Below are positions 20,109-29,438 of a stretch of 64,000 nucleotides of DNA, piece after piece (position 1 is the first letter of the stretch; every line of letters starts with the position of its first letter). Location of the stretch: positions 1,475 to 65,474 of the forward strand of contig CAMCYI010000004.1 in NCBI GenBank assembly GCA_945883845.1, written 5' to 3'. The stretch is from Bacteriovorax stolpii. Its GTDB lineage: Bacteria; Bdellovibrionota; Bacteriovoracia; Bacteriovoracales; Bacteriovoracaceae. The position numbers and the translations under genes are program-made. Below the pieces are notes generated by a model that made no database searches, was not told the origin of the DNA, and worked only from the letters and a program-made list of their open reading frames with translations.

Positions 20109-20510
20109 ATGAAACTATGGCAAATTATCGGTCTCTTCGTCATTGGGCTCCTGTTCCTCTACCGCGGACAGGATCAGAGTCATCTCGCTCAAAGGCAGGA
20201 GCAACAGGAAGATCCGCGCGTGATGGAAGAGTCACTCGAGCGTCTGTCCTGGCGTGTGGTCTACCAGTCTGCAAGTCCTGCAGAAGATAAACTTGCAGAT
20301 ATCCACTGGCTGAAAAAAGCCGCTGCACTCGCCCTCCAGAAAGGTCATCCTTACTTCAATGTGATGGAGCAAAGACTGATCCGTTCTGCCAAGGTGACTA
20401 AAGGTCATGGAAAAAATCGCATCGAAGGTGTGATCCAGCTCTCATCTGATCCCATAAATGCTGAATATGATGCCCGGGAAATTTCCGCCCTAATCATGAC
20501 CGAAGATTAA
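20109..20510 (+). CDS. Membrane-anchored protein, CC0125/CC1285-like
   Basis: AGGAGG RBS; AAALALQKGHPYFNV and terminal YDAREI recall that family (by eye). Confidence 0.5.
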   Translation: MKLWQIIGLFVIGLLFLYRGQDQSHLAQRQEQQEDPRVMEESLERLSWRVVYQSASPAEDKLADIHWLKKAAALALQKGHPYFNVMEQRLIRSAKVTKGHGKNRIEGVIQLSSDPINAEYDAREISALIMTED

Positions 20511-20620
20511 AGATAGTCACCCTGTAAACAAGTACTACGCAGCGCATTCGCCTCATCTCCTTCTGGTCATTTAACATCCACTGTTTTAGTAAGCACCCAC
20601 ATCTTTAATTGTGGAGGCAT

Positions 20621-21703
20621 ATGAAAACGTTTTTGTTCCTTGCTGGTATGACTTTGATGTCATCTCTGGCCCATGCAGTTCTAATTGACGAGCCATGGAG
20701 AAACATCTCTGATCCAGCAATCATGAATCCTGCTTTCCTTAAAAACTTCTACACTCTTCCACTTGAAGCTCGCGCGACTGGCGAAAATAAGTTCTGGTCT
20801 GGTGACTACTGGGCACTCGAGAAAGGAAACATCAACCTTCGCTGGAATTCAAACCGCCAGAGAGGTTTCAAGCTTGATTCTCCGACACGTGATCAGGCAC
20901 TCAGAATGTCTTCAAAAGATATTTCTCAGCTCGCACCTACAGAAAAACTCGACATCCTCATGGGCCGCTACGACTACCCTACAGTTCAGAAAGTTTATAC
21001 GATCGCTAACAAGCGCGCTGATGAATGGGAAGGGATCTGTCACGGCTGGGCACCAGCTTCAATCAACCACAACGAGCCGACTCCGAAAGATTTCGTGAAC
21101 GCTGACGGAATTAAAGTTCCTTTCGGCTCTTCCGACATTAAAGCTCTCGTAAGCTTCTATTACGCTCACGGTTTTGAGGCCCTCAACACACACCAGATGG
21201 GAAGCCGCTGTTTCAAAGAAGATTCAGATATCTTCAGAAGTCGCCGTGATCGTCAGGACAACTGTGAACAGGATCTGAACGCTGGTGCATTCCACATTGT
21301 TCTCGCTAACCGCATCGGTCTTGAAGGCAAAGCTTTCGTCGCTGACCTTGATCGAAAAGATGAAGTCTGGAACCACCCGGTCTGGTTTTATAGCTCGCAA
21401 GTGGAAAAAGATAATATGAAGCCTGATCGCAGGTCTGCTCCGGGAACTGCTAAAGTTATCCGCATGCGCACGACGATCAACTACACGAATGAAACATACA
21501 ATTACTGGGAACCGGTTATCGGAACTCCAGACCAGATAGTTGATAAGAAAAAATACGAGTACGAACTCGATCTTTCTGCTACGGGAGAAATTCTCGGTGG
21601 TAAATGGAAATCAGCTGAGAGACCAGACTTCCTTTGGATCAAGGATCGTCCGGTCCAATTCGAAGGCCTCTTTACCCGCCTTCCGGAACTTCTGAACGAC
21701 TAA
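20621..21703 (+). CDS. Secreted GP42/transglutaminase-elicitor family protein
   Basis: WSGDYW, PTEKLD, WEGICHGWAPAS (Cys-His), SSDIKAL (Asp), EVWNHPV (Pep-13-like). Confidence 0.75.
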   Translation: MKTFLFLAGMTLMSSLAHAVLIDEPWRNISDPAIMNPAFLKNFYTLPLEARATGENKFWSGDYWALEKGNINLRWNSNRQRGFKLDSPTRDQALRMSSKDISQLAPTEKLDILMGRYDYPTVQKVYTIANKRADEWEGICHGWAPASINHNEPTPKDFVNADGIKVPFGSSDIKALVSFYYAHGFEALNTHQMGSRCFKEDSDIFRSRRDRQDNCEQDLNAGAFHIVLANRIGLEGKAFVADLDRKDEVWNHPVWFYSSQVEKDNMKPDRRSAPGTAKVIRMRTTINYTNETYNYWEPVIGTPDQIVDKKKYEYELDLSATGEILGGKWKSAERPDFLWIKDRPVQFEGLFTRLPELLND

Positions 21704-21706
21704 AAT

Positions 21707-21736
21707 AAAAAAGGGCCGCGAAAGCGGCCCTTTTTT
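21707..21736. terminator. Bidirectional rho-independent terminator
   Basis: aaaaaa-gggccgc-gaaa-gcggccc-tttttt between convergent genes. Confidence 0.95.
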
Positions 21737-21765
21737 ATTTCTCAAATCTACCAGAATTTAAAAAA

Positions 21766-22197
21766 TTAGAGATTTACGATAACTTCAGACTTGCGGCCTG
21801 TTTTTACGATATCGAAAGGAACGTTGTCCTGAGCGAAGAATACAGAATCATCTCCATCACCACAGTGTGAACCGAGATCCGTGATCGCGATCTTAAGGGC
21901 GCCTTCAGTTGGAACTGAATAAGCTTCCATCGAAATTGACTGTGGGTCAGTTGAACGATCGATATCGAATTGGTTTTTCGTCATGCACTCATCAAGAAGT
22001 AACGTGTCGTTAATTTCCACACGAGCTTTTGTTGGAAAAGATCTTCCCTGAAGATAGATTTTCCAGTCGATGGATGTAATTCTGTCTCTCTGTTCCTGAC
22101 GATCGTCAGAAGAGTTAGAGTCTTTATTTCCACAGCTCACGAGAGCGAGAAATACTGTTGAGATACCGGCAATTTTCAGGTTCTTGATGATGCTCAT
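21766..22197 (-). CDS. Lipoprotein of unknown function
   Basis: Lipobox LALVSC; AAGGA RBS. Confidence 0.75.
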   Translation of the reverse strand: MSIIKNLKIAGISTVFLALVSCGNKDSNSSDDRQEQRDRITSIDWKIYLQGRSFPTKARVEINDTLLLDECMTKNQFDIDRSTDPQSISMEAYSVPTEGALKIAITDLGSHCGDGDDSVFFAQDNVPFDIVKTGRKSEVIVNL

Positions 22198-22451
22198 TAC
22201 ATAATCCTTTTCATAATGGGTTGAAGGAACGTCGCGTGAGCCATTATGAACAAGTTTTATAACAAGAAAAGACCACCGACATGATGAAGATGGCCTTTTA
22301 ATGCCTAAAGTGGAGACTTCATGCGCGCCGACAAAAAATGCAATTTCATGGACTTTGAAAAGGAAGATGAAGCGGGAAAACGATTTTGCTTAATTTTTTA
22401 TGAAGAAACAGAGTATGATGTGAATCGATATTATCAACTAACGGATGATCA

Positions 22452-23504
22452 ATGAAAATTTTAATGAAGTATTTCTCGGGCTCAATTTTGTCTTCATTCC
22501 TCGGCTTCGGCATGGCCGCAGGAATCGGTTACTACTACACAGGAAATGTGGGCGGAGCACTCAGCGCACTTTTCCTCGCCGCCGTTCTTTCAGTTCTTGA
22601 AGTTTCGCTTTCTTTCGACAACGCCGTTGTGAACGCGATCGTTCTAAAAAAAATGACTCCGCTATGGCAGCACAGGTTTCTGACATGGGGTATGCTTATA
22701 GCTGTGTTCGGGATGCGACTAGTTTTCCCGCTCATCCTTGTTGGAGTTGTCGCTCATATTAATCCCTGGGATGCCCTTGTTCTTGCAGCGACAAGACCAG
22801 ACGACTACGCCCAAATCATGATGTCTGCTCACGTGAGTATTGCGGCCTACGGTGGTGCTTTCCTCATGCTTGTAGCATTGAAATATTTCTTCGAAGAAGA
22901 AAAAGAAGTCTTCTGGGTGAATGCGATTGAAAAACCAATCAGTAGTCTGGGAAGAATGGACGCTGTGGAAATCGCTTTCACACTCATCTTCCTCTACATT
23001 TTTTCAAGATTTCAGGTTGAAGGCGATAAACTGACTTTCCTTGTGTCGGGTATCTGGGGAATTGTGACGTACGTAGCAGTTGATGGAGTCGGTGCATTTC
23101 TTCAGACACCTGAAGACGGAGAAAAAGCAATTGATCTCAACAAGGCGAGCATGGGAATGTTCCTCTATCTCGAAGTTCTCGATGCATCATTCTCGTTCGA
23201 CGGAGTTGTCGGTGCTTTTGCAGTGACAAATAATCTCTTCATCATCATGATCGGTCTTGGAATCGGTGCCATGTTTGTACGAAGCTTGACCATTATGCTG
23301 GTAGAAAAAGGAACTCTGAATGAGTTTCGTTATCTAGAGCACGGTGCTTTCTATGCGATCGGTGCACTTGCGATGATTATGTTTGCCGGTACTGTGAAGC
23401 ACATCCCCGAAGTTTTTACTGGTCTCATCGGAGCAGCACTCATTGGGGCCGCAATCTGGTCATCAGTCCGATACAACAATAAGCACAAGCATAATCAGCC
23501 ATGA
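22452..23504 (+). CDS. DUF475 / TerC-superfamily membrane protein
   Basis: LEVSLSFDNAVVNA, FLYLEVLDASFSFDGVVGAFA, LEHGAFYAIGAL. Confidence 0.9.
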   Translation: MKILMKYFSGSILSSFLGFGMAAGIGYYYTGNVGGALSALFLAAVLSVLEVSLSFDNAVVNAIVLKKMTPLWQHRFLTWGMLIAVFGMRLVFPLILVGVVAHINPWDALVLAATRPDDYAQIMMSAHVSIAAYGGAFLMLVALKYFFEEEKEVFWVNAIEKPISSLGRMDAVEIAFTLIFLYIFSRFQVEGDKLTFLVSGIWGIVTYVAVDGVGAFLQTPEDGEKAIDLNKASMGMFLYLEVLDASFSFDGVVGAFAVTNNLFIIMIGLGIGAMFVRSLTIMLVEKGTLNEFRYLEHGAFYAIGALAMIMFAGTVKHIPEVFTGLIGAALIGAAIWSSVRYNNKHKHNQP

Positions 23505-24421
23505 ACCAGATTCAGGAAGTCATCAATAAGCTTCTTGAAAAGTACCGCTCTCTGGAGAGCGGTAGGCCTGCGAGCTATATCCCGGAACTTGCGAAAGCAA
23601 ATCCGAAGGACTTTTCCATCGCTGTTGTAACTGCTGAAGGTGAAGTCTACAAAGCGGGAGACCACACCCGTCCGTTTAGTATGCAGTCAACGTCGAAACC
23701 TTTCAGTTACGGCATGATCCTTGAAGATTTCGGCCGGGATTTTATACATGCGAAAGTCGGAGTTGAGCCGACTGGTGAAGCTTTCAATTCTATCGTCGAA
23801 CTGGAAAAGCACACAAACCGTCCGTTCAATCCGATGATCAACTCCGGTGCTATCGTAGTTAGTGGCCTCATAAAAGGTGAGACTCTCCAGGAGCGGCAGA
23901 TTAACGTACTCGCCCGCTTCAGTAAGTACCTCACTCATGACATGATGGTGGATGAAAAAATCTATCTCTCTGAGAAGAATACGGCCCACAGAAACCGGTC
24001 GATCGCTCACCTTCTGCGCCACTTCGGTGTTTTTGATTCTGACATCGAAGCAACTCTGGATATCTATTTCAAGCAATGCTCGATCATGGTTAACACAGTT
24101 GACCTCGCCATGATGGCCGCCACTCTCGCCAACGGAGGCAAACAGCCGATCACAGGTGAAATTGCTCTCAAAAAAGATTACGTGGGAGACATGTTGTCAT
24201 TGATGTTTACGTGCGGAATGTATGATTCATCAGGCGAATGGGCCTACTCCGTCGGCATTCCGGCGAAGAGTGGTGTCTCTGGTGCTATTTTTGGAGTTGT
24301 TCCGGGTAAACTCGGGATTGCTGTCTACTCTCCACCTATTGATGAGAAAGGAAACTCGATCCGAGGTCTGGAAGTCTTCAAGGATCTCTCCCGTGAACTT
24401 AACCTCAGCATCTTCCGTTAG
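23501..24421 (+). CDS. glsA: Glutaminase A
   Basis: ASYIPELA, QSTSKP, NPMINSGAI, TCGMYD.SG.W, PAKSGVSG, GNSIRG. Confidence 0.95.
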   Translation: MNQIQEVINKLLEKYRSLESGRPASYIPELAKANPKDFSIAVVTAEGEVYKAGDHTRPFSMQSTSKPFSYGMILEDFGRDFIHAKVGVEPTGEAFNSIVELEKHTNRPFNPMINSGAIVVSGLIKGETLQERQINVLARFSKYLTHDMMVDEKIYLSEKNTAHRNRSIAHLLRHFGVFDSDIEATLDIYFKQCSIMVNTVDLAMMAATLANGGKQPITGEIALKKDYVGDMLSLMFTCGMYDSSGEWAYSVGIPAKSGVSGAIFGVVPGKLGIAVYSPPIDEKGNSIRGLEVFKDLSRELNLSIFR

Positions 24422-26073
24422 AGTTCGCCGTCATCTTCACCATCATTGATGGGAGTGACATTTCTCTTTTGTGCTTCAGCGGCCACTGTGCCGGGACTGT
24501 TCTCAACCATAAATTTCACCATACCGCTGACAATTTTCGAAAGTCCTGAATCACGGATGACGAGAATCTGCTCGTTGTTGCTTTCTGCACCTTCAGAGAA
24601 ATTAAATGACGTTCCAAGAATTGCAAAATTCGGAGTCGCCAGAACCTTGTGATGAATCTTCGCATTCACTTTTGTGTTCTTGCCCGCTACTTTCACCCAG
24701 TTGTTTCCGTAAATTTTTGGAGCAACGTAAACTTTTGAGCGCACTTCATTGAGTTGTGGTTTTGAGAGACCTTTCACCCAAGGATTACTTTTATCTACTG
24801 AATAGACTTTGGTCTTCTTCGCTTTATCAATCGTGAGCTTGTATCCAGACATACCGAGAAATCCACTCCACTCACGTAGAGCGAACGGAGTATCGCCGAC
24901 ACTCATAAAATCAAATTTTCCTGTTTCCTGAAAATCTTTCTGCGCGCGGAATAGGAGTGCCTGATCCACGGCCACTGAAGAGTAAGCAAACTGAAGCATC
25001 CGGATAGAGCCTTTCTCACGCTTGATGAGATCAGCAATGATGTTCTCACCGATCTTGCGCATTCCTCCCCCCGGAGAGAAAGTCACAACAAGGGACGGCT
25101 CAGGATAAGCTTCAAGTGTATTCGGATCAACACCAGGACCTGTGACCTGATAGGCACCGTTCAATGGATAGTCTCTTCCGCGAAGGAGAAACCCTTGATC
25201 AAGGGTCTTCGTCAGTTCGTGGTGAACCACATTGGCGAGAATCCAAGATTTCATCGTTAAGAAATGGTTGGCATTCGGAACCGATTCCGGTGGAAGTGGA
25301 TCAGTACCTTTAAGATCACCTTCGGGGTCAAGACAAGAGCGCGTAAGGTTACCAGATGAGAAGAGAACTTTGGCCTGATCAGGGAGGGACCAGTCGAGGG
25401 CCGTCATTTTCTGGTGATTGAGGCCAACAGGCATCACACCTGTGAAGTCAATTCCGTTTTCTTTCATGTGCTCAACAAGAGCGGCAACTTCCGGACGAAG
25501 GCTAACAACGTTCTTTTGATCGACTCCGATTTTAACAGTCACGCCAGACTTTGATTTTTCAATTAAGGCCTCAGCGATCACATCAAGGTCGAAATCAAAA
25601 ACGTTAAGGATAATTTCTTTCTTCGCACTCATGATAAACTTGCGCCAGATTTCGATCATGTTACTGGCAGGGACAAGTTTGTCATCAGCATAATATGGGT
25701 GATTCACGAAAATTTTGAGATCAGAATAACCTGGTTGACCGATCGGAGGCATGAGACGTGTGTGGCCCTTTACTGGAGCAAAAGAACGGGCACTGTTCTC
25801 TTCAAGGGCCTTGAGGAGATTAGCGCGGTCTTCGCCGATCAGACTATTTTCTTCCATGAGCATGCGGACAACTTCGTGTTCCGGCATCTTCTTAATGGCG
25901 GGCCGAAGGGCCTTATCTCCAGGTTTTACTACCAGTGCCTCACGGGCCTTCTGGAAAATCGATCCGTAATCCGGAGCCGAATCAATCGAAGACGGTGTCC
26001 GATTGTTCATGTTCGAACAGGAAATGAGGGCGAGAGCTAAGAGACTTAAGAATTGAATGGATAATTTTCTCAT
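24418..26073 (-). CDS. Phospholipase D-superfamily lipoprotein (two HxK half-sites)
   Basis: Lipobox LALISC; HQKMTALD..SSGNLT and HHKVLATP..SFNFS...NNE. Confidence 0.75.
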   Translation of the reverse strand: MRKLSIQFLSLLALALISCSNMNNRTPSSIDSAPDYGSIFQKAREALVVKPGDKALRPAIKKMPEHEVVRMLMEENSLIGEDRANLLKALEENSARSFAPVKGHTRLMPPIGQPGYSDLKIFVNHPYYADDKLVPASNMIEIWRKFIMSAKKEIILNVFDFDLDVIAEALIEKSKSGVTVKIGVDQKNVVSLRPEVAALVEHMKENGIDFTGVMPVGLNHQKMTALDWSLPDQAKVLFSSGNLTRSCLDPEGDLKGTDPLPPESVPNANHFLTMKSWILANVVHHELTKTLDQGFLLRGRDYPLNGAYQVTGPGVDPNTLEAYPEPSLVVTFSPGGGMRKIGENIIADLIKREKGSIRMLQFAYSSVAVDQALLFRAQKDFQETGKFDFMSVGDTPFALREWSGFLGMSGYKLTIDKAKKTKVYSVDKSNPWVKGLSKPQLNEVRSKVYVAPKIYGNNWVKVAGKNTKVNAKIHHKVLATPNFAILGTSFNFSEGAESNNEQILVIRDSGLSKIVSGMVKFMVENSPGTVAAEAQKRNVTPINDGEDDGEL

Positions 26074-26225
26074 TCTTTAATTGTAGACTATTCTATTTCT
26101 CATCTCATCAGTGGCAGAAATTGCCATCTCAAGATACATCCTGACACTGCCACTCTGCTCTCAGTGACCTCTTAGCACCGTGTAAGGATTGACATGATCC
26201 ACACTCATTCTAACATCTTAGCCAC

Positions 26226-26241
26226 TGGCACGACTTTAGCA
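26226..26241 (+). promoter_or_regulatory. Sigma54 (-24/-12) promoter
   Basis: TGGCACGACTTTAGCA = GG-N10-GC, one mismatch to TGGCACG-N4-TTGC. Confidence 0.7.
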
Positions 26242-26285
26242 TTAAGGGACTCGTGGCACGAAGCCCATCCCCCAGGAGGGAATCT

Positions 26286-26516
26286 ATGAAATCACTCTTA
26301 CTTATAACCATCATGACTCTTTCAACTCAAGCATTTGCTCACATCCATGAACTTCCGTTCGGCGATATGATCAAGGAAAAGAAAGTCACAATGATGAAGC
26401 CGATGAAGGCAAATCTCTACTCAAGCTTCAAAGGAATCAACCTTGAAGGCAACAAGACTGAGACCAAAATTGCGATGAAAAGTTCTACTCGTTCGCCGGC
26501 CCTCGAACAGAACTAA
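26286..26516 (+). CDS. Small secreted protein (76 aa)
   Basis: AGGAGG RBS; signal peptide ending AFA. Confidence 0.7.
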   Translation: MKSLLLITIMTLSTQAFAHIHELPFGDMIKEKKVTMMKPMKANLYSSFKGINLEGNKTETKIAMKSSTRSPALEQN

Positions 26517-27180
26517 AGATCGATGAAGCCTGAAGAATTTGATGGATCGACTTCTTCATTTCGGCTTTGCGGTTCTGCATGAGTAAGTTGTTTGCAAGTC
26601 TCTTGCGCTTGCCCTGGTCAGTCTCAAGAATCATCATCCGGTCCAGGGCCGCAAGTTTGAGATTCTCCGAAATTAACGGGGATCGCGACGGAATAACATG
26701 CGATGGTTCAGCATAAGTGACAGCAGCGATGAAGAAACTTTTTGCTTCCATCACAGCTTCTGTCTTTTGCTCCGGATCTGAGCAGAGGGCCAGATCCACA
26801 ATTATCTGCTGGAGGACAACTTTCTCTTTGTGGTGAGAATCGGGCATTGAAAAATAAGCTGAAGAAACAACATGCATGGCCACAACTGGTTCTACGATCA
26901 AAAGATCAATCGCATCCGTATACCGATCATGTTTGAGTTTATGTACCATACTTTCCAAGGCCCATTTATCTTCCTCTGAATCTCCGAAATAATTCTGGTA
27001 ACCCTTATCAACTTTCACCATCACAACTTTTTGATCACTTTTAATTCCAGCAACTGGCCCTGCTGTAGATAATTTTTTAGTCTCAGCTCTTGATTCAACC
27101 GCAGGCTGAACATTCTCAGGCTTAATACTGAAAATCCCTATGCCTACCAGTAAACTAACGATCATAAAAACTTTCATCAT
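26485..27180 (-). CDS. N-anchored helical hypothetical protein, paralog 3 of 3
   Basis: N-terminal TM; ILETDQGKRKRLANNLLMQNR motif. Confidence 0.75.
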   Translation of the reverse strand: MMKVFMIVSLLVGIGIFSIKPENVQPAVESRAETKKLSTAGPVAGIKSDQKVVMVKVDKGYQNYFGDSEEDKWALESMVHKLKHDRYTDAIDLLIVEPVVAMHVVSSAYFSMPDSHHKEKVVLQQIIVDLALCSDPEQKTEAVMEAKSFFIAAVTYAEPSHVIPSRSPLISENLKLAALDRMMILETDQGKRKRLANNLLMQNRKAEMKKSIHQILQASSIFSSVRGPANE

Positions 27181-27183
27181 ATG

Positions 27184-27759
27184 TTAGTCCTTATGGAAAT
27201 CCTGATACGAGGAGTTGACCATACATTGCTCAATTTTTTTCCTGGATGCAGGTGAACGATATTTGCTCAAAACGATATTCGCAGCTTTTTTTACTTCAGC
27301 AGGATCACTTTCAAGTCTTCCGTAAACTCTCAAGGCCACGTAGTGCATGGAATTGTCATCAATGTCGCCTTCTGTTTCTCTGGCCGTGGTTTCAATCTCA
27401 GAAAAAACAAAATCTTTAACAACAGTTTCAGCTTCGGGCCACTCTTTGCGGGACATGTTTGCTTCTATAAAAAGATCTTCCAGGATCTGGTGGGACATGG
27501 GTGGAAAATTATCATGAGGAAGCTGTCGATACTTTGCCATCATTTTTTCGATGCGGATCTTCGGATTGGGTCCTAAGAATTCTGAATCCTTCATTTTTTT
27601 TTCGGCTTGCAGAGGTGCAGGGACTACAGTCTTGGTGATGTTTGATGCAACAACTGACACGTTGATTTTTTGATGATCATGTATGAGGGGTTCATCTTTT
27701 AAGAAAGATCCTGCAATGCTGATGAAGATGACTAATGTAATAAAGAGACCAAGTTTCAT
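27184..27759 (-). CDS. N-anchored helical hypothetical protein, paralog 2 of 3
   Basis: N-terminal TM; RLESDPAEVKKAANIVLSKYR motif. Confidence 0.75.
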   Translation of the reverse strand: MKLGLFITLVIFISIAGSFLKDEPLIHDHQKINVSVVASNITKTVVPAPLQAEKKMKDSEFLGPNPKIRIEKMMAKYRQLPHDNFPPMSHQILEDLFIEANMSRKEWPEAETVVKDFVFSEIETTARETEGDIDDNSMHYVALRVYGRLESDPAEVKKAANIVLSKYRSPASRKKIEQCMVNSSYQDFHKD

Positions 27760-27871
27760 AGGGAGATTTTACTTCTGTTCCCCTTGAGATAACGAAATCT
27801 ATTCTGGGCCTTTGAAATCAAGTGACTGTCTAAGTTATGGACACCTCTCAAAGCAGGCAATCCAGCTCAAA

Positions 27872-28555
27872 CTAGTGCTTTCCAGGATACGTTTCAAGCA
27901 GTCGTTGGATTTCAATTTTTACAGCAGGTGTGCGGTTCTGATCAAGCAGCATGTTGGCGACGCGCTTTCTCTCGGCCTCATCTTTTTCAAGAGTGAGAAA
28001 GTGTCTCAGGGCATTGAAAGACGGACTCGCCAGGGGGTCATGATTATCAATGGGGTCAGTTTTCGTTTCGATGACCTGAAGAAAAAACTCCTTCGCCTGA
28101 TCTCTTGAGGCATCCCTGCTTCTTTCGTCCATCTCTGCAGTCTGCGAGATCATATCGAGCATGACGGTGCGGTCTGTTTGGTGGTGATAGGCCGGCATTT
28201 TCAGATAGGCATCCCCGATGGTACGGATGGTCAGATGAGGATCTTCCAGGAACTGAGGATACTGAGAAGGAAACGGTTTTGAATTTCCGGAGTTCACCGT
28301 CAAGGCCGCCATCACAGCAATGCTGACAGCATTAGGGTTGAAGAAACTCGCAAGAGGTTTATCCGGCGGAATGACTTTCGGCTTATTCTTTTTATGAATG
28401 ACGTCACTTAGAAGGGACGGATTCTCATCAAAGATCATCCCCAGCCCTTTGGCCATCTGAGCGTCAACTGCAGGTGAATATCCCCTGAAGAACCAGGCAG
28501 CAAGGAATACCAGAAGGATAAGTGGAACAGTGATTTTTAAAACTATCTTCATCAT
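27872..28555 (-). CDS. N-anchored helical hypothetical protein, paralog 1 of 3
   Basis: N-terminal TM; TLEKDEAERKRVANMLLDQNR motif. Confidence 0.75.
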   Translation of the reverse strand: MMKIVLKITVPLILLVFLAAWFFRGYSPAVDAQMAKGLGMIFDENPSLLSDVIHKKNKPKVIPPDKPLASFFNPNAVSIAVMAALTVNSGNSKPFPSQYPQFLEDPHLTIRTIGDAYLKMPAYHHQTDRTVMLDMISQTAEMDERSRDASRDQAKEFFLQVIETKTDPIDNHDPLASPSFNALRHFLTLEKDEAERKRVANMLLDQNRTPAVKIEIQRLLETYPGKH

Positions 28556-29004
28556 GATTTTTTATTCTCGAGAGTTTTCAGGGCCTCGTTAATGACAGGG
28601 GGAAGATCCGTGAAAAAATCATTCTGACGAAATTTTATTTCCGGATAGCTCTCACCTCTTGCAATTTGCGCGAAGTAACCTTTCAGTCTCAGGATGGGCC
28701 CCGCAAGACGATGGGAAAGAATCAGCATCCAAACTGAAGAGAGAACAAATCCCAGCATGAAGGAATAAAAAATGTAGCTGTTAATGGTGGCCATCTGATA
28801 TTCCAGGAACTGAAAGTATGCGTGCTGCTGGTCGAGACCCGCAGCAATTCCATCAGCGATAAGTTTGGCGAATGCCTTGTTTACGAAAAAATAAACGCTT
28901 CCGAAGATTGATCCCGTCACGATGAAATTACCGATAAGCAATGTCAGCTGAAACTTCGGATACGTTATAATTCGTAATCGATTTTTAAAACTCTTCTTCT
29001 CCAA
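28552..29004 (-). CDS. Small two-TM protein with HAMP-like linker
   Basis: AAGGAG + TTG; SHRLAGPILRL...FRQNDFFTDL. Confidence 0.7.
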   Translation of the reverse strand: MEKKSFKNRLRIITYPKFQLTLLIGNFIVTGSIFGSVYFFVNKAFAKLIADGIAAGLDQQHAYFQFLEYQMATINSYIFYSFMLGFVLSSVWMLILSHRLAGPILRLKGYFAQIARGESYPEIKFRQNDFFTDLPPVINEALKTLENKKS

Positions 29005-29015
29005 GACTGACTCCT

Positions 29016-29438
29016 TCAGTGACTTATGGGATTAGTTTGATGCTGGAAAGCTCGCTCAAGGGCCAGCCATCCGACGAGAGTACACGGAATTTTCATCGGA
29101 CTCTCGCGCATACGCTTTAGTGGTGAAAGAGCGATCAGTTCTTGCGGCCATTCACTCTGGCCTGGCTTCATGCTCTCACGCATGAGTTTGATGAGTTGAA
29201 AGATTTCCGTCTGAGGTTTTCCATTCACAAGTTCCGACATAAGAGATGCCGAAGCAACACAGATCGTACATCCAGTTGCCTTCATCTTTATCATCGTTCC
29301 TTTATGCCAGATTTTAACCAGATCACCGCAGACCGGATTTTTGCACTCTCCGACTCCATCGGCATCGGCGATCTCTCCTGAGTGGCGGGGATTTCTGACG
29401 TGATCGAGAAGGAAATCTCTCTCTTCGGTGTCAGTCAT
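29016..29438 (-). CDS. SufU/IscU-like scaffold or sulfur-transfer protein
   Basis: LDHVRNPRHSG, NPVCGD, GCTICVASAS, PCTLVGW; ATG overlaps xdhC stop (ATGA). Confidence 0.85.
   Translation of the reverse strand: MTDTEERDFLLDHVRNPRHSGEIADADGVGECKNPVCGDLVKIWHKGTMIKMKATGCTICVASASLMSELVNGKPQTEIFQLIKLMRESMKPGQSEWPQELIALSPLKRMRESPMKIPCTLVGWLALERAFQHQTNPISH

Noticed and set aside
26112-26125. TGGCAGAAATTGC as a second sigma54 promoter
   Set aside because: GG-to-GC spacing is 8 rather than 10; treated as an inverted repeat instead.
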